This document shows, one piece after another, positions 1-9,281 of a stretch of DNA of 64,000 bases; within the stretch, counting starts at the first letter, position 1, and the number at the start of each line of letters is the position of its first letter. The stretch lies in the IMG/VR virus record IMGVR_UViG_3300047564_005847. The stretch is one strand, 5' to 3'. The translations under genes and the position numbers were made by a program. Under the pieces are notes generated by a model that saw only the letters and a list, made by a program, of their open reading frames with translations, was not told the origin of the DNA and searched no databases. Source of the DNA: an uncultured virus (IMG/VR IMGVR_UViG_3300047564_005847) (Duplodnaviria; Heunggongvirae; Uroviricota; Caudoviricetes).

Positions 1-1
1 A

Positions 2-385
2 GAAAATTATGATATAAATTTTTCTTTAGAAACAGAGCTTTCTTTGAAAAAAATACCAAGTCTTTTAACACGTAGTAACATAACTTTGACATATGATATT
101 GGAAATACAACAGCATGTGGACTAGATCATCAAACATATATACAAAATTTTTATGATAAGATCAGCAATGTTCACCTTAAAGATAGAAAGATACACGGAA
201 AATCAGTAGAACCAGGAACAGGTGATGCAGATTTTCACACTATTTTTAATCTCTTGATCACCAAAGGATATGATAGAGACTTTACAATGCAATTTTGTAG
301 AGGATCTGACGGGAATGAACTAGCACAGTGTAAAAAACATGCAGACTTTGTAAGATCTCTGTATGTCAACATTGAAAAAATTTGA
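2..385 (+). CDS. Sugar phosphate isomerase/epimerase (xylose isomerase-like TIM barrel), 5'-truncated by the window edge
   Basis: Frame is open from position 2 (ENYDINFSLETE...). Motifs LE, YDIGN, HLKDR and PGTGDADF fit this family. It sits in a sugar gene cluster. Confidence 0.7.
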   Translation, partial: ENYDINFSLETELSLKKIPSLLTRSNITLTYDIGNTTACGLDHQTYIQNFYDKISNVHLKDRKIHGKSVEPGTGDADFHTIFNLLITKGYDRDFTMQFCRGSDGNELAQCKKHADFVRSLYVNIEKI

Positions 386-1184
386 TTTAACAGGAAAAAG
401 AGCAATTATAACAGGTGCAGCAGGACTTTTAGGGCCAAAACATGCTGAGGCTCTTATCGATGCAGGTGCGTTTGTTGTTCTAACTGATCATCATGCTGAT
501 CTTGTTCAAAAGAGATCAAATGATTTAAATAATAAGTATGGTAAAGATGTAACATCATGGTTTAAGATGGATGTTACAGATAAAAATGAAGTACAAGATG
601 TTTGCCAAAAATGCGGACCAATTGATATTTTAATTAATAATGCCGCTAAAGACCCAAAAGTCAAAAAAGATGGAGGTCTTACGGTTGCATCTAGATTTGA
701 GAACATGACTCTTGATTACTGGAAAGAAGGAATAGATGCTGCAATGAATGGAACGTTTATTTGTTCTCAAGTATTTTCAAATCAAATGAAAGAAAGAAAG
801 AGTGGTGTAATACTAAATGTCGCATCAGACCTAGGTGTTATCGCACCAGATCAAAGAATTTATCGTAAGATTGGTCTACCCGAAGAGCAGCAAAACGTTA
901 AGCCCATTACGTATTCGGCAGCAAAATGGGCAATCATTGGTATGACAAAATATCTAGCTGTCTACTTTGCAAAAGAAGGAATTAGAGTAAATTGCATTAG
1001 CCCAACAGGTGTATTCAATAATCATCCCGAAGACTTTGTTGAGAAATTATCATCAATAATTCCTATGGGAAGAATGGCGCATATTGATGAATACAAGGGC
1101 GCCGTCGTATTTTTATGTTCTGATGCAAGCTCTTATATGACAGGAGAAAACGTTGTGATTGATGGAGGTAAGACGGTATGGTAA
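363..1184 (+). CDS. SDR family oxidoreductase, PtmA-like (nonulosonic acid pathway associated)
   Basis: TGAAGLLG Rossmann motif, NNAA, catalytic YSAAK, RVNCISP, and a C-terminal VIDGG. Confidence 0.85.
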   Translation: MSTLKKFDLTGKRAIITGAAGLLGPKHAEALIDAGAFVVLTDHHADLVQKRSNDLNNKYGKDVTSWFKMDVTDKNEVQDVCQKCGPIDILINNAAKDPKVKKDGGLTVASRFENMTLDYWKEGIDAAMNGTFICSQVFSNQMKERKSGVILNVASDLGVIAPDQRIYRKIGLPEEQQNVKPITYSAAKWAIIGMTKYLAVYFAKEGIRVNCISPTGVFNNHPEDFVEKLSSIIPMGRMAHIDEYKGAVVFLCSDASSYMTGENVVIDGGKTVW

Positions 1185-1528
1185 AAATGCACCACGTTGA
1201 TAAAGGTTGGGGATATGAAAGGTGGATTGTCAATAAGACGGAATACTGTGGTAAGCTACTGTTCTTCAATGAAGGCAAGAAGTGCTCATGGCACTACCAT
1301 AAAATAAAAGATGAAGTTTTCTATCTACAATCAGGCAAAATGATAGTAAAATATTCTGAACAAGATAGCATTGAAAATGCGAAAGAAGTAATCTTGAATC
1401 CAGGTGATGGCTTTCACATTTATGTGGGTCTACGACATCAGATGATTGCTCTCGAAGACTCAGAATTATTTGAGTTCTCAACTCAGCATTTTGATGAAGA
1501 CAGCTACAGAGTTATAAAAGGTGATTGA
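1178..1528 (+). CDS. Cupin domain protein (sugar isomerase-like)
   Basis: KGWGYE and SWHYHKIKDEVFY...GLRH cupin metal-binding motifs. Confidence 0.8.
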   Translation: MVKMHHVDKGWGYERWIVNKTEYCGKLLFFNEGKKCSWHYHKIKDEVFYLQSGKMIVKYSEQDSIENAKEVILNPGDGFHIYVGLRHQMIALEDSELFEFSTQHFDEDSYRVIKGD

Positions 1529-1576
1529 AATTTAAACTCTATTTGATTGATTGATAAAATAATTTTAGAGGAAGAT

Positions 1577-2413
1577 ATGTCAAAGATCTACGTCATTGCA
1601 GAAATTGGTATAAATCATAACGGAAGCGTTGATATTGCTAAGCAGCTTATTCTAAAGGCAAAAAAATCAGGATGTGATGCAGTTAAATTTCAAAAGAGAG
1701 ATATTAACTCTGTCTATACACAAGAAGAGTTGGATGCGTTACGCGAAAGTCCATGGGGTAAGACCAATAGAGATCAGAAGATAGGACTTGAGCTTTCTAT
1801 AGATGATTATGTGGATCTTTACAGCTACACTAAGCAATTAGGTTTAGACTTTGGCGTGTCTTGTTGGGATCTTGTATCTCTCCAGTTAATTGAAAATCAC
1901 TTAAATGTTGACTTCCACAAAGTCGCATCGGCACTTTTGACTCACAAAACATTTTTGAATGCTCTTGTAGAAACAAGAAAGCCAATCATCCTCTCGACAG
2001 GTATGTCGACGCAAGAAGAAATAGACAAAGCAGTTGATATATTGGGAAATAATTTGACTCATGTTCTAGCATGCACAAGTACCTATCCATCTAAACCTGA
2101 CGAGATCAACTTAAGGTATATTGATACACTCAAGTATCGCTATCCTAATAAGAAAATTGGTTTCTCAAATCACTACAATGGACATGACGCGTGCATTGCT
2201 GCTACGGCAAGATCTGCTGAGTGTATTGAGTTTCACATTACATTAGATCGTACAATGTATGGATCTGACCAGTCAGCGTCAATTGAGAATGCAGACGTGC
2301 TAGTCTCTGGGATCAGAAATATTGAGAAAATGATTGGAACGGGCGAAAAGATCGTCTATGATGCAGAAGTTCCAATTTTGAAGAAGCTTAGGAAGGTATC
2401 TGATCTTGCCTAA
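1577..2413 (+). CDS. neuB: N-acetylneuraminate (nonulosonic acid) synthase family, NeuB/SpsE-like, without the C-terminal SAF domain
   Basis: IAEIGINHNGS, DAVKFQKR, ILSTGMS, CTSTYP and IEFHITLDR motifs. ATG at 1577 follows an AGAGG ribosome-binding site. Confidence 0.9.
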   Translation: MSKIYVIAEIGINHNGSVDIAKQLILKAKKSGCDAVKFQKRDINSVYTQEELDALRESPWGKTNRDQKIGLELSIDDYVDLYSYTKQLGLDFGVSCWDLVSLQLIENHLNVDFHKVASALLTHKTFLNALVETRKPIILSTGMSTQEEIDKAVDILGNNLTHVLACTSTYPSKPDEINLRYIDTLKYRYPNKKIGFSNHYNGHDACIAATARSAECIEFHITLDRTMYGSDQSASIENADVLVSGIRNIEKMIGTGEKIVYDAEVPILKKLRKVSDLA

Positions 2414-2708
2414 AGTAATTTATGTTGACATAGACGAGACAATCTGTTTTTACAATACAAAACAGCGAAATTATGAAAAGGCGATCCCAGTCCTCGATAA
2501 AATTGAAAAGATAAACAATTTGTATGATCAAGGTAATACTATTGTCTATTGGACAGCAAGAGGAAGTACAACAGGGATCGATTGGCATGATATTACTAAG
2601 CAGCAGCTTGATTTGTGGGGTGCAAAATATCACAGATTAAGATGTGATAAGCCGTATTATGATATTTTTATTGATGATAAAACATTAAGTAACATAGATG
2701 ACTTATGA
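2406..2708 (+). CDS. Small HAD-superfamily phosphatase-like protein
   Basis: DIDETIC motif I, WTARG motif II, and KP...IDDK motifs III/IV. Confidence 0.75.
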   Translation: MPKVIYVDIDETICFYNTKQRNYEKAIPVLDKIEKINNLYDQGNTIVYWTARGSTTGIDWHDITKQQLDLWGAKYHRLRCDKPYYDIFIDDKTLSNIDDL

Positions 2709-3682
2709 CAAAAAAAGCTTTGATAACAGGAATAACGGGTCAAGACGGAAGTTATCTAGCAGAACTATTGCTTGATAAAGGATATCATGTTGTCGGCATG
2801 AAGAGAAGAACATCACTTCTTGCCACAGATCGCATTGATCATCTTCTAGAGAATCCAAACTTTAAGCTTGTCTACGGATCTATGAACGATTCGGGTGCTT
2901 TTTATCGCATCTTCTCGACGCAAAAGTTTGATGAAGTCTATAATTTAGCTGCACAATCACATGTTCGTGTCTCATTTGATGTTCCAGAAGAGACAGTTGA
3001 TGCGGTTGCTATGGGCCCATTGCGTCTTCTAGAGTGCATTCGTACCGTCCAGCCTGAATGTCGCTTCTATCAGGCATCATCTTCAGAGATGTATGGTGAT
3101 AATCCTGAACATCCTCAAAATGAGGAGACTCGTCTAATGCCGGCTTCACCCTATGCTTGTGCCAAGGTTTTTGCTCATGGACTCACAAGAAATTACCGAG
3201 AAGGACACAAGCTGCACGCATCATCTGGCATCTTGTTCAATCACGAGAGTCCACGCCGCGGTGAGACATTCGTCACTCGCAAGATCACGCTTGCTGCAGC
3301 ACGAATCAAGCTCGGACTACAGGACAAGATTGCTCTCGGTAACCTCGACGCGCTTCGCGACTGGGGATACGCCAAGGACTACGTCGAGGCAATGTGGCTC
3401 ATGCTCCAACAGGACAGGCCTGACGACTATGTCGTTGCTACTGGAGAAACCCACACTGTTCGCGAGTTTCTAGACGAAGTTTTCCAGATTGCAGGTCTTG
3501 ATGTCGACAAACATCTGGTCATTGACGAGAGGTTAAGACGACCTCATGAAGTTCCTTGGCTTGAGGGCGACTGTTCTAAAGCAAAGGAGAAGCTTGGATG
3601 GACACCAAAAACAACTTTCAAGGGTCTCGCAAAGCTCATGTATGAGGCTGACTTAAAAAATGAAATGGCGAAGCTAAAATGA
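2705..3682 (+). CDS. gmd: GDP-mannose 4,6-dehydratase
   Basis: [55 protein letters not shown] and [10 protein letters not shown]. Confidence 0.97.
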   Translation: MTKKALITGITGQDGSYLAELLLDKGYHVVGMKRRTSLLATDRIDHLLENPNFKLVYGSMNDSGAFYRIFSTQKFDEVYNLAAQSHVRVSFDVPEETVDAVAMGPLRLLECIRTVQPECRFYQASSSEMYGDNPEHPQNEETRLMPASPYACAKVFAHGLTRNYREGHKLHASSGILFNHESPRRGETFVTRKITLAAARIKLGLQDKIALGNLDALRDWGYAKDYVEAMWLMLQQDRPDDYVVATGETHTVREFLDEVFQIAGLDVDKHLVIDERLRRPHEVPWLEGDCSKAKEKLGWTPKTTFKGLAKLMYEADLKNEMAKLK

Positions 3683-4635
3683 GCATAGCTGTCATTGGTC
3701 AAGGATTTGTAGGAGGAAGTCACACTACGGTCTTTACTGAGCGTGGATTTGACGTCTATGCCTACGATAAGACAGGAAGATACGCAAAAGGTGCATTACC
3801 TAGTCATGGTGACTTCGCTGCAGGTTATCCAAGCTCCATCAAAGAGTTGGTACTAGATAATGAAGGTGGCGGAACGCCAGGTTTCTCGAACGTGTACTTT
3901 GTCTGCCTACCTACGCCCATGTTCGAAGACGGTTCAGCAGATCTCAGTATTGTCGAGAGCGTCCTTGAAGAATTAGCTGCAATTCCAGGAGAAAGAATTG
4001 CAGTTGTTAAGTCTACAGTGCCCCCAGGATCTACAGAAATGTGGAATGAAAGATATGGCCCGCAAGGGCTTCATGTCATTTTCAATCCTGAATTTTTGAC
4101 AGAAGCAAACGCATTGGAAGACATGCGAAATCAAAATCGAATTATCCTTGGTGGTCCCCGCCCGTGGATTAATGAGGTAAAACAGATCTTCCAGACAGCA
4201 TTCCCAAGAGTTCCTGTTATTAAGACATCTTCTACTACAGCAGAGATGGTAAAGTATGTAACAAATTGTATGCTCGCTGTGAAGGTCTCATTTGCAAATG
4301 AAGTTGCACAGATCTGCGAAGCTCTTGATAAAGATGGGCACAACATTGATTATGATAAGGTTGTTGAATATGCTAAAGTTGATTGTCGCCTCGGAAATAC
4401 ACATTGGTCAGTACCCGGACCTGTTCCTACTCAAGATGGTCGATATGTTCGAGGCTTCGGCGGACACTGCTTCCCAAAGGATATTAATGCGCTCATGAGC
4501 GTTGCACGCCAGCATGGAATTGATCCAAAGGTAATGCAGGCTGCTTGGGATAAAAATCTTGAAGTTCGTGCCCCAGATGATCGTGACTGGGAGCGGCAAG
4601 TGGGACGTGCTGTGTCCAAGAAGAATAAATCTTAG
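3679..4635 (+). CDS. UDP-glucose/GDP-mannose dehydrogenase family protein (short form)
   Basis: GQGFVG, CLPTP, KSTVPPG, NPEFLTE and the catalytic [10 protein letters not shown] motif. Confidence 0.88.
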   Translation: MSIAVIGQGFVGGSHTTVFTERGFDVYAYDKTGRYAKGALPSHGDFAAGYPSSIKELVLDNEGGGTPGFSNVYFVCLPTPMFEDGSADLSIVESVLEELAAIPGERIAVVKSTVPPGSTEMWNERYGPQGLHVIFNPEFLTEANALEDMRNQNRIILGGPRPWINEVKQIFQTAFPRVPVIKTSSTTAEMVKYVTNCMLAVKVSFANEVAQICEALDKDGHNIDYDKVVEYAKVDCRLGNTHWSVPGPVPTQDGRYVRGFGGHCFPKDINALMSVARQHGIDPKVMQAAWDKNLEVRAPDDRDWERQVGRAVSKKNKS

Positions 4636-4657
4636 TTTAGCATACTAAGATAGATAA

Positions 4658-5473
4658 GTGACTACGTTCCCAACTGGCAAACCACACGTATCCTACTCTG
4701 AAGTCAAGACATGGAAGGAGTGCCCATGGCGGCACAAGCTTGTCTATATTGACAAGATTGACATGTTCAAACCTAGCCCAAATATTGACTTTGGAACAAT
4801 CGTCCACACTGAACTTGAGGATTATCTAGAGCATAGAACTTTCAACCTTGACCGCATGCGTGATGCTATCACGACCACATGGCAGCAGAAGGGCTTTGAG
4901 AAGCCAGAAAACTGGATCAAGGAAGCCGAGCAGATCCTATCTGAGATCCCGCAGTTTCTCGATGATACATTTCCTGATTGGCAGTTCATGGCGTCAGAGC
5001 ATGAACTCTACGAAGAGATCCCAGGGTCTGATGTCAAGTTCAAGGGTTTCGTTGACGCAATGTTTCGAGCAAAGAACTCGCGCGGTAAAGAGATACTCTG
5101 GATCGCTGATTGGAAGACGACATCTGCCCGCGGTTGGACAACGCAGAAGAAGCAGGATTTCATCTACCAGGCACAGATTGCACTCTACAAGTACTTCTGC
5201 TCAAGGAAGTTTGATCTTGATGCTAAGGAAATCAAGTGCGGATTTGTTCTACTAAAGCGTGGTGCAAAGCCTGGCAAGGCATGCGAGCTTGTCGAGGTGT
5301 CTGTGGGCCCAAAGGCTTTCGAGAAAGCAACCAAGATGGTTAATTCTATGATCGCAGGCGTCAAGGCAAACAAGCCGATCAAGAATAGGATGTCTTGTAC
5401 CTACTGTGACTACAAAAATACTGAGCATTGCAGTGGCTCAAGTGAGTTTGCAGCGTTTACCTCTTATAAATAG
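4658..5473 (+). CDS. PD-(D/E)XK exonuclease, Cas4/RecB-like, with probable Fe-S cysteines
   Basis: SYS...ECP, FGTIVH, GFVD, DWKT, QIALY and a C-terminal CTYC...C. Confidence 0.85.
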   Translation: MTTFPTGKPHVSYSEVKTWKECPWRHKLVYIDKIDMFKPSPNIDFGTIVHTELEDYLEHRTFNLDRMRDAITTTWQQKGFEKPENWIKEAEQILSEIPQFLDDTFPDWQFMASEHELYEEIPGSDVKFKGFVDAMFRAKNSRGKEILWIADWKTTSARGWTTQKKQDFIYQAQIALYKYFCSRKFDLDAKEIKCGFVLLKRGAKPGKACELVEVSVGPKAFEKATKMVNSMIAGVKANKPIKNRMSCTYCDYKNTEHCSGSSEFAAFTSYK

Positions 5474-5496
5474 GTGGTTATTATTGAAATAACCAC

Positions 5497-6741
5497 ATGC
5501 AGAAGAAAAAAATCATCGTCCTATCGGATCATGCGCTCTCAACATCTGGCGTAGGCACACAGACACGACACTTGCTCAACGGCCTCGTTAAGAAGGGTGA
5601 GTGGACGTTCAGACAGTTCGGTGCCGCCATGAAGCACAACGACTACCGAACTATCGTCGTGAATGAAGATCTCATTATCAAGCCAATTGATGGTTTTGGT
5701 AATAGAGATCTTATTCGTGTTACACTCGCAACTGAGAAGCCAGATGCTATTCTGATCTTCACAGATCCACGTTTTTTCATCTGGCTCTTTGAGATGGAGG
5801 ATGAGGTGCATCAGATGTGTCCCATCCTGTGGTGGCACGTTTGGGATAATCATCCATATCCAAAGTTCAATGAGACGCTGTACCAATCCACAGATTTGAT
5901 CAACTGTCACTCGTACATGACGTATGAGATGATTAAGGATCGTTTTCCTGACCGGACGAACTTTATTCCCCATGCAATTCCTGATGATGTTTTCTTTCCA
6001 TTGAATGATGTAGAGCGCGCCAACTATAAGCGAAACTTGCTCGGCTCCAATAGAATGGATCATTTCGTTGGCATCTGGGTCAACAGAAATGCAAGACGGA
6101 AGCGTCCATCAGACGTTCTTGCAGCATGGAAGCAGATGCTCGATAAGATGCAGAGAGAAGACGGTCACAAGAAAGCAACGTTGATCATGCACACAGATCC
6201 GCTCGATCAAGAGGGGCCAAATCTCTTTGCAGTCGCCGAAGAGTTTGGCATCATGGACAACGTGTTCTTCTCAAAAGATCGCATTGAATTTGACAAGATG
6301 AACGTCCTATACAATATCTCAGATTGCTGCATCAACATATCCTACGCCGAGGGCTTCGGTTTAGGCACCCTTGAAGCAATGCAAGCAGGAACACCGATTG
6401 TTGCTGTCAAGACAGGCGGCCTAACGCGTCAAGTCGTGGATCACAGAGACGGTTCAGAGAACGGGGTCGCCCTGCCTGTTGAACTCCAGACACTTGTAGG
6501 CTCACAGATGGTGCCCTATATCTACGAGGATTACGTCACTATAGAAACTGCTGCCGAAGGCCTCTATAAGCTCTTTAAGAAGTCACCTGAAGAGAAGAAT
6601 GAGCTTCGCAAGAAGGTGAGAGATTATGCACTATCTCAATTTTCTTACCAGAAGACGGTTGACGACTGGCACCAGACAATGAAAGATACAATAGAGAACT
6701 GGAGAAACACCTACAAGCGCTGGGAGGCCAAGGAGATCTAA
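5497..6741 (+). CDS. Glycosyltransferase, GT-B fold (GT4-like)
   Basis: SGVG N-terminal motif, NRNARRK, and EGFGLGTLEAMQAGTP (EX7E signature). Confidence 0.9.
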   Translation: MQKKKIIVLSDHALSTSGVGTQTRHLLNGLVKKGEWTFRQFGAAMKHNDYRTIVVNEDLIIKPIDGFGNRDLIRVTLATEKPDAILIFTDPRFFIWLFEMEDEVHQMCPILWWHVWDNHPYPKFNETLYQSTDLINCHSYMTYEMIKDRFPDRTNFIPHAIPDDVFFPLNDVERANYKRNLLGSNRMDHFVGIWVNRNARRKRPSDVLAAWKQMLDKMQREDGHKKATLIMHTDPLDQEGPNLFAVAEEFGIMDNVFFSKDRIEFDKMNVLYNISDCCINISYAEGFGLGTLEAMQAGTPIVAVKTGGLTRQVVDHRDGSENGVALPVELQTLVGSQMVPYIYEDYVTIETAAEGLYKLFKKSPEEKNELRKKVRDYALSQFSYQKTVDDWHQTMKDTIENWRNTYKRWEAKEI

Positions 6742-7898
6742 TGAAGAAGGTAATTGTAAGAGCACCACTCCTCAGCGTCTCAGGTTACGGTGAACATTCT
6801 CGACAAATTTTCCAGTGGGCTAAATCTATTGATACGTGGACAGTTCAGACACAAGTTTTGAACTGGGGCAATACATCATGGATAATCAATCCAGCTGCTG
6901 AGAATGGCCTCATCAAAGAGATCATGTCATGCTCGACAAATCAGCCGTCAGGATTTGACATCTCTATCCAGGTGCAGCTCCCAAATGAATGGGATCCCAA
7001 GATCGCAAGTTATAACATTGGTGTAACAGCTGCTGTTGAAACTGATCGATGCAACCCAGCTTGGATCGAAGCGGTCAATAAGATGAACGTTGTCATAGTT
7101 CCTTCTGAGCACGTCAAGAAGACACTTGTATCATCTGGTAACGTGACAACACCCATCCACGTGATCGGTGAGTGGTACATGCCTGAGATTGATAATGCAC
7201 CTTCATTTGATTTGCCACTTTCAACTAGCTTCAATTTTCTGATTGTCTCACAAATGACAGCACAGAATAGCTTGGATGATCGGAAGAATATTTTAGACAC
7301 ATTGAAGTGGATGCTTGACGTCTTCAAGGACAGCAAGGACGTCGGCATCGTCTTAAAGACAAACTTTGGGCGTGGCACAAGAATTGATCGGAAGTACACG
7401 CAAGATAACATTGAAAAGTTTATCAACCAGAATAGACGCGGCCCATACCCACGTATCCATATTCTGCACGGCAACCTGACGTCGTCTGAGATCGCAGGGC
7501 TGTACAGACACCCAACCATTAAGTGCCTAGTCAGCCTGACAAGAGGCGAAGGGTTTGGCTTGCCCCTCCTCGAGGCATCTGCTTCAGGATTACCTGTCAT
7601 TACGACGAACTGGTCAGGTCACCTTGACTTCATGAAGCTAGGAAAGTTTATCCCAGTTGACTTTACGCTGGTTGACATTCCAGCATCTCGAGTTGATAAT
7701 AACATCTTTATGGCAGGCACAAAGTGGGCACAGCCTCTTGAGGCAGATTTCAAGAAGCGGCTAGCAAAGTTCAAGGAGAGCTATATCACTCCTCGTCAAT
7801 GGGCCGAAGAGCTTGCTGTAAAGTGCCAAAAAACTTTTTCAAGATCTGCAATACTTGATAATTATGCAAAGCTCACAGATGCTTTGGGGATTAGATAA
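6741..7898 (+). CDS. Glycosyltransferase, GT-B fold (GT4-like)
   Basis: SGYG, VPS, RKN, and RGEGFGLPLLEASASGLPVITTNWSGH. Confidence 0.9.
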   Translation: MKKVIVRAPLLSVSGYGEHSRQIFQWAKSIDTWTVQTQVLNWGNTSWIINPAAENGLIKEIMSCSTNQPSGFDISIQVQLPNEWDPKIASYNIGVTAAVETDRCNPAWIEAVNKMNVVIVPSEHVKKTLVSSGNVTTPIHVIGEWYMPEIDNAPSFDLPLSTSFNFLIVSQMTAQNSLDDRKNILDTLKWMLDVFKDSKDVGIVLKTNFGRGTRIDRKYTQDNIEKFINQNRRGPYPRIHILHGNLTSSEIAGLYRHPTIKCLVSLTRGEGFGLPLLEASASGLPVITTNWSGHLDFMKLGKFIPVDFTLVDIPASRVDNNIFMAGTKWAQPLEADFKKRLAKFKESYITPRQWAEELAVKCQKTFSRSAILDNYAKLTDALGIR

Positions 7899-8209
7899 TG
7901 CTGGTTGCGTTTCTGATCATAACGTGTCTAATCTTGTCAACCTTGCTAGGCATTTCTGTTTACTATAATTACAAGTTTGGCAAGATAATCATCAATGTTG
8001 AAGACACGATTGAAAGCTCTCTTGATGAGCTTGATGTCATCTACGGAAGGATCTCTAAGATTTTAGAGATCCCTGTTTTTTTCGACTCTGTTGAGGTTCG
8101 ACAGGTCATTGCAGACATTGAAGTTGCACAGCAAACTGTTCTCAAGATTGCAGGTGCTTTAACACAAACGCTAAGGGATAATGATGACACACAAGAAGAA
8201 GACAGTTAA
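7898..8209 (+). CDS. Hypothetical protein with an N-terminal transmembrane helix
   Basis: Hydrophobic first ~22 residues. Start overlaps the upstream stop (TAATG). Confidence 0.65.
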   Translation: MLVAFLIITCLILSTLLGISVYYNYKFGKIIINVEDTIESSLDELDVIYGRISKILEIPVFFDSVEVRQVIADIEVAQQTVLKIAGALTQTLRDNDDTQEEDS

Positions 8210-8912
8210 ATCATCGTCCCCGGGCGGTATGAAGCTTTACTTCCACGCGGGCACTCATGATGCTATTGTGAGATTTCAAAGTGAGACATGTGATGATGAG
8301 AGAGAGGCTATCTACGTTCAAGAGATACTTCCGGCATTTGATAAACTTGTAGAAAATCTGATCTTTATACAGGGTTTCAATGTGACACATGGAAACTTTG
8401 ATGATCTTAAGAACGATTGCATCACATTCTTGTTTGAGACGCTGAAGAAGTTTGACGCTACACGTGGCACAAAGGCGTTCAGCTATTTCAACGTCGTCGC
8501 CAAAAACTGGCTCATTGTCAAGAGTCGCCAGCGTGCGAAGGCTGCCAAGAGGATGTGCAGCATCGATGACAAGGATGCGATCAGTGAGATCGATCTGATT
8601 GATCTTGAGAATTACTCAGTCGATCAGAACCAAGATGCCAATTTGATCAAAGAGGACACGACTACTAACATCTTTGTCCTACTTGAAGATATCCGATCAG
8701 ACATGACGTGTGAGAATGAGATCAAGTGCATTGAAGCAATTAAGAAGATCTTTAATGAGATCGATGACGTGGAGATCCTCAACAAGCGGGCAATCTTTGT
8801 CTACGTTAGAGATATCACAGGTTTGACACCAAAGCAGCTCTCAATCTCGATGTCAAGCATCAGAAAGCGCTATAAGGATCTGATGGTAACCGGCGAATAT
8901 GATATTTTCTAG
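8181..8912 (+). CDS. Phage late-transcription sigma factor (T4 gp55-like)
   Basis: Region-2-like segment LKKFDATRGTKAFSYFNVVAKNWLI, located directly before the structural module. The exact start is uncertain. Confidence 0.7.
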   Translation: MMTHKKKTVKSSSPGGMKLYFHAGTHDAIVRFQSETCDDEREAIYVQEILPAFDKLVENLIFIQGFNVTHGNFDDLKNDCITFLFETLKKFDATRGTKAFSYFNVVAKNWLIVKSRQRAKAAKRMCSIDDKDAISEIDLIDLENYSVDQNQDANLIKEDTTTNIFVLLEDIRSDMTCENEIKCIEAIKKIFNEIDDVEILNKRAIFVYVRDITGLTPKQLSISMSSIRKRYKDLMVTGEYDIF

Positions 8913-8921
8913 GAGCTTGCA

Positions 8922-9281
8922 ATGTCATCGATAGACAAGTCACTTGACACGCTTAATGATAAAGAGAAGAAGATCAAGCAATTCTCAGATATTCTTGATA
9001 GTTTGACATCAACGGAAGATAAGAAGAAGATGCTTTGGAAGGAAGTGTACGAGAATGCTGTCAATGACCGTGAGAATGCTGGCATCCTGTTTACTGATAC
9101 ACTGATGCAGATCAAGGGCAATGCAGCAAATCACAACATCTTGGGCCCAGTAGTTGTCAAATACATCGAGCGCATGTCACGTGCTAACGATCAAATCCTT
9201 AAACTTGCTGAGCTTATCGCGCAGGAAGAGAGCAAGGAGATGAGTATGGATGCGATCTACGATAAGATCGGTGAGAGCTGA
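8922..9281 (+). CDS. Hypothetical helical protein (possible small terminase-like)
   Basis: 119-aa ORF with a GGAG ribosome-binding site and a predicted helical pattern. The function is a guess. Confidence 0.5.
   Translation: MSSIDKSLDTLNDKEKKIKQFSDILDSLTSTEDKKKMLWKEVYENAVNDRENAGILFTDTLMQIKGNAANHNILGPVVVKYIERMSRANDQILKLAELIAQEESKEMSMDAIYDKIGES

Noticed and set aside
4658..5473. Cas4-like nuclease as evidence of a CRISPR-Cas system
   Set aside because: I saw no repeat-spacer array and no other cas genes. Solo Cas4/RecB-type exonucleases are common in phages.
8922..9281. Firm call as terminase small subunit
   Set aside because: Only size and helical character support it, and it lies 30 kb from the large subunit. 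It needs a profile or structure search.
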